Below are positions 26,163 through 35,644 of a stretch of DNA of 64,000 bases, piece by piece. This DNA is from an uncultured Nitrospirales bacterium (GTDB taxonomy: Bacteria > Hydrogenedentota > Hydrogenedentia > Hydrogenedentales > GCA-2746185). The stretch covers positions 4,576-68,575 of the forward strand of contig CAYXRK010000002.1 in assembly GCA_964467615.1 (NCBI GenBank). Direction: 5' to 3'. Made by a program: the position numbers and the translations under genes. Under the pieces are notes generated by a model that was not told the DNA's origin, made no database searches, and worked only from the letters and a program-made list of their open reading frames with translations. The first letter of the stretch is position 1, and each line of letters opens with the position of its first letter.

Positions 26163-28235
26163 TTAGCCAACGCTATCCAGACCCGTCAGGCCTCTGCCGG
26201 AGGAACCCTGCCCACGTGCGCCACGCATCACCAAGAGCACACCGGCGACGAACAGGGCGGCCGCCCCGCCTAACAACCAGGTAGGAATGCCTTCCGTGTC
26301 GGCATCGCGGAGATAGGTCAGGATGAAGTCCGGCAGGTGTTGCGTGGCGACGAGGATGATGGTCCCGTTGAGGATGAGGTGCGCTATGGCGCTGGTAACG
26401 ATCGAGCGCGTCTGGAGCACGAGCCAAGTGAATACGAAACCCGTCATGGCCGTCGGAAACACTCGATAGATGCTGAGGTGAAAGACACCGAATGCGGCGC
26501 CCCCCCCGAAAACAATGAGCCAATTCGGAAGGCGCCCGCGAAATGCCGAGATGAGCGGGCCGCGAAACAGCGCCTCCTCGCAAATGGCCGGAGACAGGGC
26601 GATGACGAACAGCAGCCACAGCACGTTGGCGTCCGGATTTAGTCCAAGTGCTTTTTCCATCACTTCGGCGAACTCTTTGGGAAAAGGGAGGACTTCATTC
26701 CACCAGATGCCTAGTTGCAGACTGAGAATGACCCAGGCCGGAGCGATGAGCAGCGTCCCAACGAGCGAGAGAGTGTTCGGCATCGCGAGATGGAGCGCAG
26801 CGCGCAAATCTACGCGCGTGTACCAAAGCCAGACGGCGACCGGCACAAGGATCAGGCCATACTCCGTAATGATGAGGCCGCTGATGAGATCGCGGCCCTG
26901 GAAGTATGTGGCAAGGTAGAAGATGAGAAGCATGACAACGGTAAACATGCCGAGGGCCTGGCCGGGCGTCGGATGATCGCGCGGGATGAACTGCGACCGG
27001 CGTAGCGTAAGCGGTATGCCTCGTTCTTCGTTGAGGATGACTTCCTCGCGTTGGAAAACCCACGAAGCGATAACGAGAGCGAAAGCGGCGTACACGCAGG
27101 TGCACAGCAAGACGACGAAGAACTGGTCGAGTGTGGCGGCGCCGCTCATCATTTCGCGGAAGAGCAGGGAGACATTGCCGATGGGAAGAAATTGCGTGGC
27201 CGTGGTGAGCTCGAAATCCGGAAGCGTGGTGATGGACGCGGGCAAGACGATAAATAGGAACACCGGTGTTACGAAGTTCTGCGCCTCCTTGAAACTGCGG
27301 GCGAACAGCGCAACGGTCATCATCATCGCGCTGATAAAGAACGCAAGCGGAACGAGCAGCACCAGCGCGGCGACGATGGCGATTGGAGGAATACTCGAAA
27401 GATCGATGTTGAAGACTTGGCCCGCTTCCCGGGAGGTTCCCGCCAGTTGCCGAATTTGGAAAATCAGCGCGCCCGCCATGCTGGCGAGGTTGAGCAGTCC
27501 AGTAATCATTGCGAGAGAAAACACCGCAAGGAACTTCCCCCAAACGATTTCCAGTTTGCTGGTGGGAGTAGAAAGGAGCGTCTCGAAGGTGCCGCGTTCC
27601 TTTTCGCCGGCGGTGAGATCGACGGCGGGATAGAACGCGCCGATTCCGAGCGTGACGACGAGAAGCAACGGCAGTATCGAGCCGAGCAACGCGCCAGTGG
27701 ATTTTTCCGGCGGGGCGACATTGTCGCGTTTCCACTCGAGCGGCCTGCTGAACGTGGCCGGGAGGCCGTTACGTTCGAGGCGGCCCACGAGCAGCGAGTC
27801 GCGCTTTTTGGCGAGGACCCCTTCGACTCGGTCCGCGGCCTGGCGCGATTTCGACTCGGTAATGTCGAACGTGATGACGACGCTGGCGCTGTCGTTTGCC
27901 GCTTCCAGCGCGGCAAGCGGGCGATCTGCCGACACGATCGCGTCGATCTGGCCGGACTCGATGTCGATCCGGGCTTGTTGTGTCTCAACGAGTTCGATTC
28001 GATCATTGGACGACAACCATTCGCGAAGCACGGGCCCGCCCGGGCCTTCGATCGCGACCCGCGAAGCTGTTTTCTCGATGCGGGATTGTTGCACCATCGC
28101 AATCTGCGACGTGGCGATGATGAGGGTCGGATAAAGAACAATCGGCACGACGATCATCGCGATGACGGTCCGGCGATCGCGGACGGTATCCAACAATTCC
28201 TTGCCGAAGATGGTCCTGACTGTCCGCCAATTCAC
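26163..28235 (-). CDS. natB: NatB-like ABC permease fused to a CPBP (Abi/CAAX) intramembrane protease
   Basis: KELLDTVRDRR, AGEKERGTFETLL, ARSFKEAQ (NatB); EEALFRG, FGVFH, AHLILN (CPBP). Confidence 0.85.
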   Translation of the reverse strand: MNWRTVRTIFGKELLDTVRDRRTVIAMIVVPIVLYPTLIIATSQIAMVQQSRIEKTASRVAIEGPGGPVLREWLSSNDRIELVETQQARIDIESGQIDAIVSADRPLAALEAANDSASVVITFDITESKSRQAADRVEGVLAKKRDSLLVGRLERNGLPATFSRPLEWKRDNVAPPEKSTGALLGSILPLLLVVTLGIGAFYPAVDLTAGEKERGTFETLLSTPTSKLEIVWGKFLAVFSLAMITGLLNLASMAGALIFQIRQLAGTSREAGQVFNIDLSSIPPIAIVAALVLLVPLAFFISAMMMTVALFARSFKEAQNFVTPVFLFIVLPASITTLPDFELTTATQFLPIGNVSLLFREMMSGAATLDQFFVVLLCTCVYAAFALVIASWVFQREEVILNEERGIPLTLRRSQFIPRDHPTPGQALGMFTVVMLLIFYLATYFQGRDLISGLIITEYGLILVPVAVWLWYTRVDLRAALHLAMPNTLSLVGTLLIAPAWVILSLQLGIWWNEVLPFPKEFAEVMEKALGLNPDANVLWLLFVIALSPAICEEALFRGPLISAFRGRLPNWLIVFGGGAAFGVFHLSIYRVFPTAMTGFVFTWLVLQTRSIVTSAIAHLILNGTIILVATQHLPDFILTYLRDADTEGIPTWLLGGAAALFVAGVLLVMRGARGQGSSGRGLTGLDSVG

Positions 28236-28984
28236 GCCGCGCCGGCCTCCTCGCCGACGAGCGCTAGGAACGCGTTTTGCAGATCCCGCTGACCCGTCCG
28301 CGCGAGGAGTTCCGACGGCGCGCCGAGGGCCAGAATCCGGCCTTGATGCATCAGGGCGATGCGATCGCAGAGTGCCTCGGCTTCGGTCATGTAGTGCGTT
28401 GAAAAGATGATCGAGTGTCCGCGTTGTTTTGCGTCGCGGATGAAGTCGAGAATGGTGCGGCTGGACATGATGTCCAGGCCGAGCGTCGGTTCGTCCAAAA
28501 TAAGAATGAGCGGATCATGCAGGATGACGCGGGCTATGGACACGCGCTGCGTTTGGCCGGTCGAGAACGTATCGCAACGGCGATCAACAAATTCCTGCAT
28601 GCCGAGACGCGCGATCAGTTCTTGCGTGCGGGCGCCGATGGCGCCGTCATCCATTCCGTAAAGGCGGCCGAAGTAGCGAAGGAGCTCGCGGCCCGTGAGG
28701 CGGCCGTAGAGTTTTGTATTGCCGGAGAGAAAGCCTATCTTGCGGCGCGCATCGTCCGGGTTCGTAGAGGAGGGCCGGCCATCGATCACGATTTCGCCGC
28801 TGGTCGGCGTGATAATCGTGCCGAGCATGCGGAGGAGAGTCGTCTTGCCCGCGCCGTTGGGCCCGAGCAAGCCCAGGATTTCGCCCGCGGCAACTTCGAA
28901 CGACGCCTCGCGCACCGCCTCGACGGTCTTACCGCGGGACGTATGGTAAACTTTGGAAAGCAGATCGACCACAATTACGCGCAT
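28232..28984 (-). CDS. natA: ABC transporter ATP-binding protein (NatA-like)
   Basis: GPNGAGKTT, FSTGQTQR signature variant, ILDEPT, STHYM; 4-bp overlap with the permease. Confidence 0.88.
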   Translation of the reverse strand: MRVIVVDLLSKVYHTSRGKTVEAVREASFEVAAGEILGLLGPNGAGKTTLLRMLGTIITPTSGEIVIDGRPSSTNPDDARRKIGFLSGNTKLYGRLTGRELLRYFGRLYGMDDGAIGARTQELIARLGMQEFVDRRCDTFSTGQTQRVSIARVILHDPLILILDEPTLGLDIMSSRTILDFIRDAKQRGHSIIFSTHYMTEAEALCDRIALMHQGRILALGAPSELLARTGQRDLQNAFLALVGEEAGAA

Positions 28985-29120
28985 TGGGCTATTTAATCAC
29001 GTCTTGTGAACGATGTGCATGTTTTGGAAGTACAAACGGAACGATGCGGTATTCGCTCGACGAACTGGAAGGAACATTTCGAGAATAAACCGACGTGACC
29101 GCACGCACAGGAAAATAACA

Positions 29121-29375
29121 ATGATCAACTGGGAAGACTACATCGAACTGAATCCTGAAGTAATGGTCGGAAAGCCCGTAGTCAAGGGTACTCGGTTGAC
29201 CGTCGAGCATGTTGTGGGGCTGCTTGCGGCCGGTTGGCCCATAGAAGACATCCTTCAGGGCTTTCCCAGCCTGACCAGGGAAAGCATTCAAGCTTGCCTG
29301 GCTTATGCACTCGACCTTCTTGAATCAGAAGTATCGCTCGCTCCCGCTCACGCTCACGCTCACGCTCTGAAGTGA
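29121..29375 (+). CDS. DUF433 family antitoxin
   Basis: NPEVMVGKPVVKGTRLTVE..LLAAG..EDILQGFPSLTRESIQACLAYA; start moved to ATG 29121. Confidence 0.9.
   Translation: MINWEDYIELNPEVMVGKPVVKGTRLTVEHVVGLLAAGWPIEDILQGFPSLTRESIQACLAYALDLLESEVSLAPAHAHAHALK
29335..29367 (+). repeat. Short hexanucleotide tandem repeat (CGCTCA)x3 plus degenerate units
   Basis: cgctcg ctcc cgctca cgctca cgctca cgctc, encoding the LAPAHAHAHAL tail of DUF433. Confidence 0.7.
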
Positions 29376-29722
29376 AGATTCTCCTGGACGAAAACGTTGT
29401 GCTGGGCGTCGCGGACCGCATGCGGCAGTTGGGCCACGACGTTAAGCACGTCCTCACCGATTGCCCCGGCTCGCTAGACAAGCAAATACTCGATATCGCG
29501 GCAAAAGAAGGCCGCTTGCTCGTCACGTTCGACAAGGGTTTCGGAAGATTGGTTTTTCTGGAAGGGATCAAGCAAGTCGAAGGAATTATTCTATTCCGCG
29601 TCCTCTCCTCCGGCCTTTCAGAATCCGCGGAATACATCGCGAATATTTTGACGTCCCGCGACGACTGGAAGGGGCATTTCAGCACGGTGCGAACGAAGGG
29701 AATCCGGCAGGTCCCGCTTTGA
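29372..29722 (+). CDS. DUF5615 PIN-like toxin
   Basis: MKILLDENV, GHDV, LDKQIL, LLVTFDKGFG; GTGA overlap with DUF433. Confidence 0.9.
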   Translation: MKILLDENVVLGVADRMRQLGHDVKHVLTDCPGSLDKQILDIAAKEGRLLVTFDKGFGRLVFLEGIKQVEGIILFRVLSSGLSESAEYIANILTSRDDWKGHFSTVRTKGIRQVPL

Positions 29723-29861
29723 ATTGCCTTGCCCATTATCATATTCTGTTCTCAAGCGGCTAGAGCGTGCCTGCTCGGCCCCGAAATTTTGTATTATTCC
29801 GGCTTCGTTTGCCCCCTTTTTGCCGATGGCGGAAAGGGACCCTTTTTTTGGTTGAGCGAAT

Positions 29862-31169
29862 GTGGAGCGTCCCGTGAAAGACCTTGTGAGCTTGTGCGCG
29901 CGCCGTGGGTTCATCTTCCAATCGAGCGAAATTTACGGCGGGATCAACGGCTGCTGGGACTTCGGTCCGCTGGGCGTGGAACTCAAGCGCAACATCAAGA
30001 ACGACTGGTGGTACACGTTCGTCCAGCAGCGCGAAGACATCGTCGGGCTGGACGCGAGCATCATCATGCACCCGGAGGTTTGGGTCGCGAGCGGACACGT
30101 CGAACAGTTTCACGACATCGTGGTGGACTGCAAGGAGTGCAAGCACCGGTTCCGTCAGGACCACCTCGAAGGCGCGCGGTGCCCGGACTGCGGCGGCGAG
30201 CTGACGGAGCCGAAGGCGTTCAACAGCATGCTGCGCACCCGGCTCGGCGTGAGCGACGACACTGCGGTCGAAACGTATTTGCGGCCGGAGACGTGTCAGG
30301 CCATCTTCGTCGATTTCAAGGAGGTGTATTCCTCGTCGCGGATGAAAGTCCCCTTTGGCATCGCGCAAATCGGCAAGAGTTTTCGGAACGAAGTGAATCC
30401 GCGTAATTTCATTTTCCGCAGCCGCGAATTCGAACAAATGGAAATCGAATACTTCTGCAAGGAAGCCAACCAGGACGCCGCGTTCGAGCAGTGGAAGCAG
30501 GACATCTGGCAGTGGTTCGTCGACGTTGGGCTGAGCGCCTCGAGGATGCGCTGGTTCCGCCACGCGGACGAATCGCTCGCGCACTACTCGAGCCGGACGG
30601 AAGACATCGAGTACGAATTTCCGTTTGGCTGGGGCGAGTTACAAGGGCTGGCAAATCGCGGCACCTACGACTTGACGCAACACTCGAAGCATTCGGGCAA
30701 AGATCTGTCCTTCTTCGATCAAGAATCGAAAGAGCGTTTTGTGCCGACGGTCATCGAGCCGTCCTTCGGCGCGGACCGCACGGCGATGGCGTTGTTGTGC
30801 GACGCGTATCACGAGGACGAAGTCGAGGGCGAGAAGCGCATCGTGCTGCGCCTCGATCCGAAGATCGCGCCCATCAAAGCGGCGGTATTGCCGCTGGTAA
30901 AGAAGGACGGCCTGGCGGAGATCGCCGGAGTTCTGGAGCGCAAGCTACGCAAGAAATTCAACACCTTTTACGATCAATCCGGCGCGATCGGCCGCCGCTA
31001 CCGTCGCATGGACGAAGTGGGCACGCCGTTCTGCATCGCGGTAGATTACGAGACGAAAGAAAACGAGACCGTTACCATCCGCGATCGCGACTCGATGCAA
31101 CAGATCCGCTTGCCCATGGCGGACGTGACCGAGTACATCGGCAAGCGCGTCTCGCACGAGCGGGCATAG
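29862..31169 (+). CDS. glyQS: Glycine--tRNA ligase (alpha2, class II)
   Basis: RRGFIFQSSEIYGG, LRPETCQ, FRNE..FRSREFEQME, VIEPSFGADR, anticodon domain IGRRYRRMDEVGTP. Confidence 0.97.
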   Translation: MERPVKDLVSLCARRGFIFQSSEIYGGINGCWDFGPLGVELKRNIKNDWWYTFVQQREDIVGLDASIIMHPEVWVASGHVEQFHDIVVDCKECKHRFRQDHLEGARCPDCGGELTEPKAFNSMLRTRLGVSDDTAVETYLRPETCQAIFVDFKEVYSSSRMKVPFGIAQIGKSFRNEVNPRNFIFRSREFEQMEIEYFCKEANQDAAFEQWKQDIWQWFVDVGLSASRMRWFRHADESLAHYSSRTEDIEYEFPFGWGELQGLANRGTYDLTQHSKHSGKDLSFFDQESKERFVPTVIEPSFGADRTAMALLCDAYHEDEVEGEKRIVLRLDPKIAPIKAAVLPLVKKDGLAEIAGVLERKLRKKFNTFYDQSGAIGRRYRRMDEVGTPFCIAVDYETKENETVTIRDRDSMQQIRLPMADVTEYIGKRVSHERA

Positions 31170-31178
31170 GGCAGGGCT

Positions 31179-31937
31179 GTGGGCCGCGCGGCGCAATCGC
31201 TGACTTTCGATTACGAGCACGCCGCCTCAGCCTACGACACGCATCGCCGTTCCGGGGGGCCGTTCCTACGGCCAATCGTGGATCACGCGCGCGATCTGAA
31301 CGCGCGGACAGTTGTGGAAATCGGCTGTGGAACAGCGTCAAACACCCGGGCATTTCTCGAATCGCATCCGTGCTCGCTCATCGGCCTCGACGCGTCGCGC
31401 GGCATGCTGGAACGCGCACGCGCGAAAAGCGTGGCCGCGCGGTTCGTCCGAGGCAACGGCGCACAACTTCCTTTCGCGACGGCGAGTGTCGACTACGTCT
31501 TTGGGTTCATGGTCCTCCAACACGTAACACATATCGAGGCCCTCTTTGCCGAGTGCGCGCGCGTCGTGCGTCGTGGTGGCGTAGCGTTCGCAACGGCCTC
31601 TCACGATTTCATCCGCGCACATCCGCTGAACACATACTTTCCCAGTTTCGAATCCATTGACCTTGCGCGATTCCCGAGCAACGAACGGCTGCGTGTGGCG
31701 TTGGAAAGCGTTGGCTTCACTAAGGTGTCGTTCACCATCCTGCGCCGCGCGCCCGAGCGAATAGACGCGGCCTACGTCCAAAAGGTCGCCGACAAATTCA
31801 TCTCGACGTACGCGCTCATTCCTGCAGAGGAATTCGCGCGAGGCCTCGCGCGGTTGCACTCGGACCTGCAGCGAGACGGCGCGCTCGCCACGCCCATGGA
31901 ATGGGAATGCCTCATCGTCACGGCGGAGCGGCCATGA
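31179..31937 (+). CDS. Class I SAM-dependent methyltransferase
   Basis: VVEIGCGT, GLDASRGML, GAQLPF motifs. Confidence 0.88.
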   Translation: MGRAAQSLTFDYEHAASAYDTHRRSGGPFLRPIVDHARDLNARTVVEIGCGTASNTRAFLESHPCSLIGLDASRGMLERARAKSVAARFVRGNGAQLPFATASVDYVFGFMVLQHVTHIEALFAECARVVRRGGVAFATASHDFIRAHPLNTYFPSFESIDLARFPSNERLRVALESVGFTKVSFTILRRAPERIDAAYVQKVADKFISTYALIPAEEFARGLARLHSDLQRDGALATPMEWECLIVTAERP

Positions 31938-32989
31938 CCGAACGCCGCCGAAAGAAGCGCACCGTGCGCCGTCGCGATTGGGAGGGCGCGAAGGAAGCCG
32001 ACTTCTCGCGCGACTTGAGACGGCACATACGCACCGACACGACAATTCGGCGGGACGTGCAAGCGCCTCCCGTGCCGGAACAATTCGAGCCGAACGGCTT
32101 GGTGATAGCGCAGTCTAAAAAGTGGGCGTTCGTTGAGCATGAGGGCGAGGAGAAGCTGTGCCGCATCAGTGACCGGCTGTTCGAGGGCCCGTTCGTATTG
32201 CTCGCGCCAGGTGATCGGGTATTGGTCGAAATGGTCGAAGGCGATCCGATGGTGTTGGCATTTGCCCCCCGTCGATCGCGACTCGCGCGGCTCGCGGTCC
32301 ACGGCGAGACACTGCGCGAACAAATCATCGCCGCGAATGTCGACCAACTGGTCATCGTTGCGTCGGCCGCGCAGCCGGTGTTCAAGGCTAGCGTTGTCGA
32401 TCGGTATTTGATCATCGCGCAGGCGGCTGGAATCGACTGCGTGTTATGCGTCAATAAAACGGATCTTACGGTGGAGGGACCGTCGCAGGTGGCGGCCTAT
32501 CGCGAGCAAGGCGTGTCTGTGTTTCTGACGAGTTGCGAGACCGGCGCGGGCATCGGGGAATTGAGCGAGCAATTGCGGGAACGGGTGAGCGTCGTCGCGG
32601 GTCAGAGCGGCGTGGGGAAGTCGTCGCTTTTGAATCGGCTCGATCCCTCGCTCGAGATCGATACGCAGGAGGTGAGCGGCTACAACGACAAGGGAAAGCA
32701 CACGACCACCGGCGCGCGCCTGTACAGACTGGCGAACGGCATCATCGTCATCGATACGCCGGGCATTCGCCAGCTCGGTATCGCGAACGTGTCGATCAAC
32801 GAATTGCCCTTTTACTTTCCCGAGTTCGCGGCACGCGCGGGCGCGTGCCAGTTCAGCGACTGCACTCATACCCACGAACCGAACTGCGCCGTGCGCGAAG
32901 CCGTCGAATCGGGGGAAGTTTCGGCCCACCGGTACGGCTCCTACCTGCGAATACGCGAAGATATCACCGCCCGAGCGACGAAGTATTGA
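31934..32989 (+). CDS. rsgA: Ribosome small subunit-dependent GTPase A
   Basis: Circularly permuted NKTD, GQSGVGKSS, DTPG; GKHTTT; zinc finger CQFSDCTHTHEPNC; ATGA overlap gives start 31934. Confidence 0.96.
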   Translation: MTERRRKKRTVRRRDWEGAKEADFSRDLRRHIRTDTTIRRDVQAPPVPEQFEPNGLVIAQSKKWAFVEHEGEEKLCRISDRLFEGPFVLLAPGDRVLVEMVEGDPMVLAFAPRRSRLARLAVHGETLREQIIAANVDQLVIVASAAQPVFKASVVDRYLIIAQAAGIDCVLCVNKTDLTVEGPSQVAAYREQGVSVFLTSCETGAGIGELSEQLRERVSVVAGQSGVGKSSLLNRLDPSLEIDTQEVSGYNDKGKHTTTGARLYRLANGIIVIDTPGIRQLGIANVSINELPFYFPEFAARAGACQFSDCTHTHEPNCAVREAVESGEVSAHRYGSYLRIREDITARATKY

Positions 32990-33088
32990 TTACCCTGGCC
33001 GTGCCGGTGTCGATTGGGCGGCGTGGGCATTGAGTTATGATGGTGGGGCGATGCTCGAACACCCATTTGGGCGGAAGAAGGACCCTAT

Positions 33089-33253
33089 ATGGTGGCCTTA
33101 AGCGCCTTCATCGGCATGACAATCTTGAGCGGGGTCGGCTGGTGGCTCGGAGCGCAAGCGGGCTTGGGCACCGCAATCGTTCTGAGCGGCGTCGGCGCGG
33201 GCGTTGGGTTCTACTACGGCCGTAAAATCGCCAAGGACTTACTCGACGGTTAG
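33089..33253 (+). CDS. Small (54 aa) Gly-rich two-TM membrane protein, below the ORF-track cut-off
   Basis: AAGAAGGA RBS; MVALSAFIGMTILSGVGWWLGAQAGLGTAIVLSGVGAGVGFYYGRKIAKDLLDG; fills the gap between rsgA and the next gene. Confidence 0.7.
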   Translation: MVALSAFIGMTILSGVGWWLGAQAGLGTAIVLSGVGAGVGFYYGRKIAKDLLDG

Positions 33254-33262
33254 CCCGCTGAA

Positions 33263-34234
33263 CTATATTTCGTCGCCCGGCTTCCATTCGTAAATGAGCG
33301 CCGGATTGGCGATGTACTTGAGCATGTAGTCACCGAAGGGGAACGCTTCACCGGCATCGTAGGCGCGGTGGTCCATCGTGCAGCAAATCGTCATCACCGA
33401 GCGGACGACGATCTGACCATCCACGACGCGCGGTCCCAGGTGCAGGTCGCCCAAACCGAACATCATCACTTCCGGCGGGGCAAGCACGGTGACGGTCTGG
33501 TGTCCTGGCACCACCATGCCGATGTTGGCGATGCTGCATGTCGCACCGAGGATTTCCGTCGCGTCGAGTTTGTCTTCGGGTTTGACGGTGGCGTATTCGG
33601 GTTCGGGCCGGTAGGGGTGGAAGAGGAGTTCGCGGAGGAGCAGGAATCCTGGCCAGAGCGCGCGCACGTCGAGTTGGCGGATGGACGGCATAATGTAGTG
33701 GATCGCGGCGCGGCGATACAGTTCCTCCGGATCGGAGCGGCGGGCGCGGCGGCTTAGATCGCGCAGTTCGGCTGCGACGGTCTCGAGGGTCTTGACATGC
33801 GGATTTCGGACAATAGGCCGCACCACGCCCTTTTTCGTGTGGACGGTCACGCCCATGTTGATGTCTTCGGCGTGATACAGCGTGCCGCGCGTGGTCACTG
33901 GACTCCAATCGAGAAACGCGTTCATACAAGGAACGTGGCTGACCGCGTGGGCGATGGCCTTGACGAAAAACGCTGAGAAATTCTTGTGAATCGCGCGCCG
34001 AAAGAGAATCTCATTGGTCATCTTCACGGCGTTGCGCGCGATTTCCTTGTCCTTGTCGCGCGTGTACTCGACGAGCGGAGTTACGTCGAGTTCGGAGGTC
34101 ATCGACGCGTGTGGGATTCTCTTGGCTGCAATCGACAGCATGTACGCCACGCCCTGGCGCAGCATGCTAAACGGGACCGCCTGCTTGACCTTGACGTTCT
34201 CGCGCAGGTATGCGACTTTGTGGTCTTGAAACAT
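33263..34234 (-). CDS. Stand-alone 2-oxoacid dehydrogenase E2-type acyltransferase catalytic domain (no lipoyl or PSBD domain)
   Basis: IPHA, ELDVT, DINMGVTVHTKKGVVRPIVRN, SIANIG, C-terminal TMDHRAYDAG (HxxxD[G]). Confidence 0.85.
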   Translation of the reverse strand: MFQDHKVAYLRENVKVKQAVPFSMLRQGVAYMLSIAAKRIPHASMTSELDVTPLVEYTRDKDKEIARNAVKMTNEILFRRAIHKNFSAFFVKAIAHAVSHVPCMNAFLDWSPVTTRGTLYHAEDINMGVTVHTKKGVVRPIVRNPHVKTLETVAAELRDLSRRARRSDPEELYRRAAIHYIMPSIRQLDVRALWPGFLLLRELLFHPYRPEPEYATVKPEDKLDATEILGATCSIANIGMVVPGHQTVTVLAPPEVMMFGLGDLHLGPRVVDGQIVVRSVMTICCTMDHRAYDAGEAFPFGDYMLKYIANPALIYEWKPGDEI

Positions 34235-34246
34235 TCGAGGCGAACG

Positions 34247-35644
34247 CTACGCGGTGGCGGCCGGGAAGGACTCGGCCGGCTCGGTGTGTTTCGGCGTAAC
34301 GTGCGCTAGCCGCTCACGGGCGATCATCTTCATGCCGTACTTCGGGCGCAAGCTGAGTAACGGTTCGAGGGCGACGCGATGTCCCGGTTCGTGTTCCAAT
34401 CGCCAGCGCTGCGCAATGATAGCGAGCGCCATCGTCCCCTCCATCCGGGCGAAATGCTCGCCGATACACCCGCGCGGTCCCGCGCCGAAGGGCAGGTAGG
34501 CGAATTTTGGCCGCGCCGCTTCTTGCTCCGGCGTAAACCGATCGGGATCGAAGCGCTCGGGATCGTCCCAATACTTCGGATTGCGATGCATGACGTACGG
34601 ACTGAACACGACGGCCGTCCCTTTATGCGCCGTGTACTCCCGTAGCGGATAGTCCTCTAGCGCTTCCCGCGCGAGGATATAGATCGGCGGATACATGCGA
34701 AGGGACTCCGCGAAAACTCGGCGCGTGTAGTCCAAATTCATCACGTCCAGGGCGCGTGGGGAATTACCCTTCAGCACATGATCGATCTCGTGATACATCC
34801 TGTCTGCCGCCTCGGGGTTCTGCGAGAGTAAGTACCATGTCCACGTGAGCGACAGAGCCGTGGTTTCGTGGCCCCCGACGAAAAGCGTGATGACTTCGTC
34901 GAGCACCTGCTGATCGGTCATGTACGCGCCTGTGTCCTCATTTTGGGCGGCCAGGATAGTCGAAAGGAGATCGCCTCGGTCGTGGCCGTCCGCGCGGCGC
35001 TCGTCGATCATGCGGCGAACGGTCTCGTCGAGCCTGCGTTTGGCCTTTCGGAACGCGATGTTGCTGGGCAGCGGCAACTTCTCAAGGAATTCAGCCATGG
35101 GGTTCGCGCTACGCTCGAACAGTTTCATCGCGACGGTCAGGCACTCGCCGAGTTCGAGCGCTTCCCCATCGACGTCGCTGTGGAACAACGTTTTCGTCGC
35201 GATCCCCAGGCTGAGCTTCGTCATCTCCTGATAGATGTCGTAGGTTTGATCGGCCCGCCAACTATCGCGGCAGCGGATCGTGTCATCGATCATCACGCGC
35301 GCGTAGGCTTCGATGCGGTCGCGGCGGAAGGAAGGCTGCATCATTTTTTGTTGATCGCGGTGGAATTCGCCCTCGCTCGTGATAAGCCCGTTGCCCAGCA
35401 GCCGTTTCATCAGGCGCAATGCGCGGCTCTTGATGAACTTGCGATGGTCCGTGACCGTGACATCTCTGATAAGGTCTGGGTCGTTGATGAGAATGAGCGG
35501 CCGGCCGGCCATGTTGATATACGCGATATCGCCGTACTCGCGCGTCGTGTTCATCAACAGCCCGATCAAGTCATTCTTGAACGCAAACACCTGGCCCAGT
35601 GGATGCCAGGACTTCGGCCCTGGAGGGTACGCGAGCGTACTCAT
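34247..35644 (-). CDS. Cytochrome P450
   Basis: GGHETT I-helix, ESLR (ExxR), PERF, FGAGPRGCIG heme motif; start reassigned to ATG 35644 (AGGAGG RBS, ATGA overlap). Confidence 0.97.
   Translation of the reverse strand: MSTLAYPPGPKSWHPLGQVFAFKNDLIGLLMNTTREYGDIAYINMAGRPLILINDPDLIRDVTVTDHRKFIKSRALRLMKRLLGNGLITSEGEFHRDQQKMMQPSFRRDRIEAYARVMIDDTIRCRDSWRADQTYDIYQEMTKLSLGIATKTLFHSDVDGEALELGECLTVAMKLFERSANPMAEFLEKLPLPSNIAFRKAKRRLDETVRRMIDERRADGHDRGDLLSTILAAQNEDTGAYMTDQQVLDEVITLFVGGHETTALSLTWTWYLLSQNPEAADRMYHEIDHVLKGNSPRALDVMNLDYTRRVFAESLRMYPPIYILAREALEDYPLREYTAHKGTAVVFSPYVMHRNPKYWDDPERFDPDRFTPEQEAARPKFAYLPFGAGPRGCIGEHFARMEGTMALAIIAQRWRLEHEPGHRVALEPLLSLRPKYGMKMIARERLAHVTPKHTEPAESFPAATA

Noticed and set aside
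29723-29861. T-box riboswitch upstream of glyQS
   Set aside because: Only ~140 bp available and no UGGNACC T-box bulge or Stem I.
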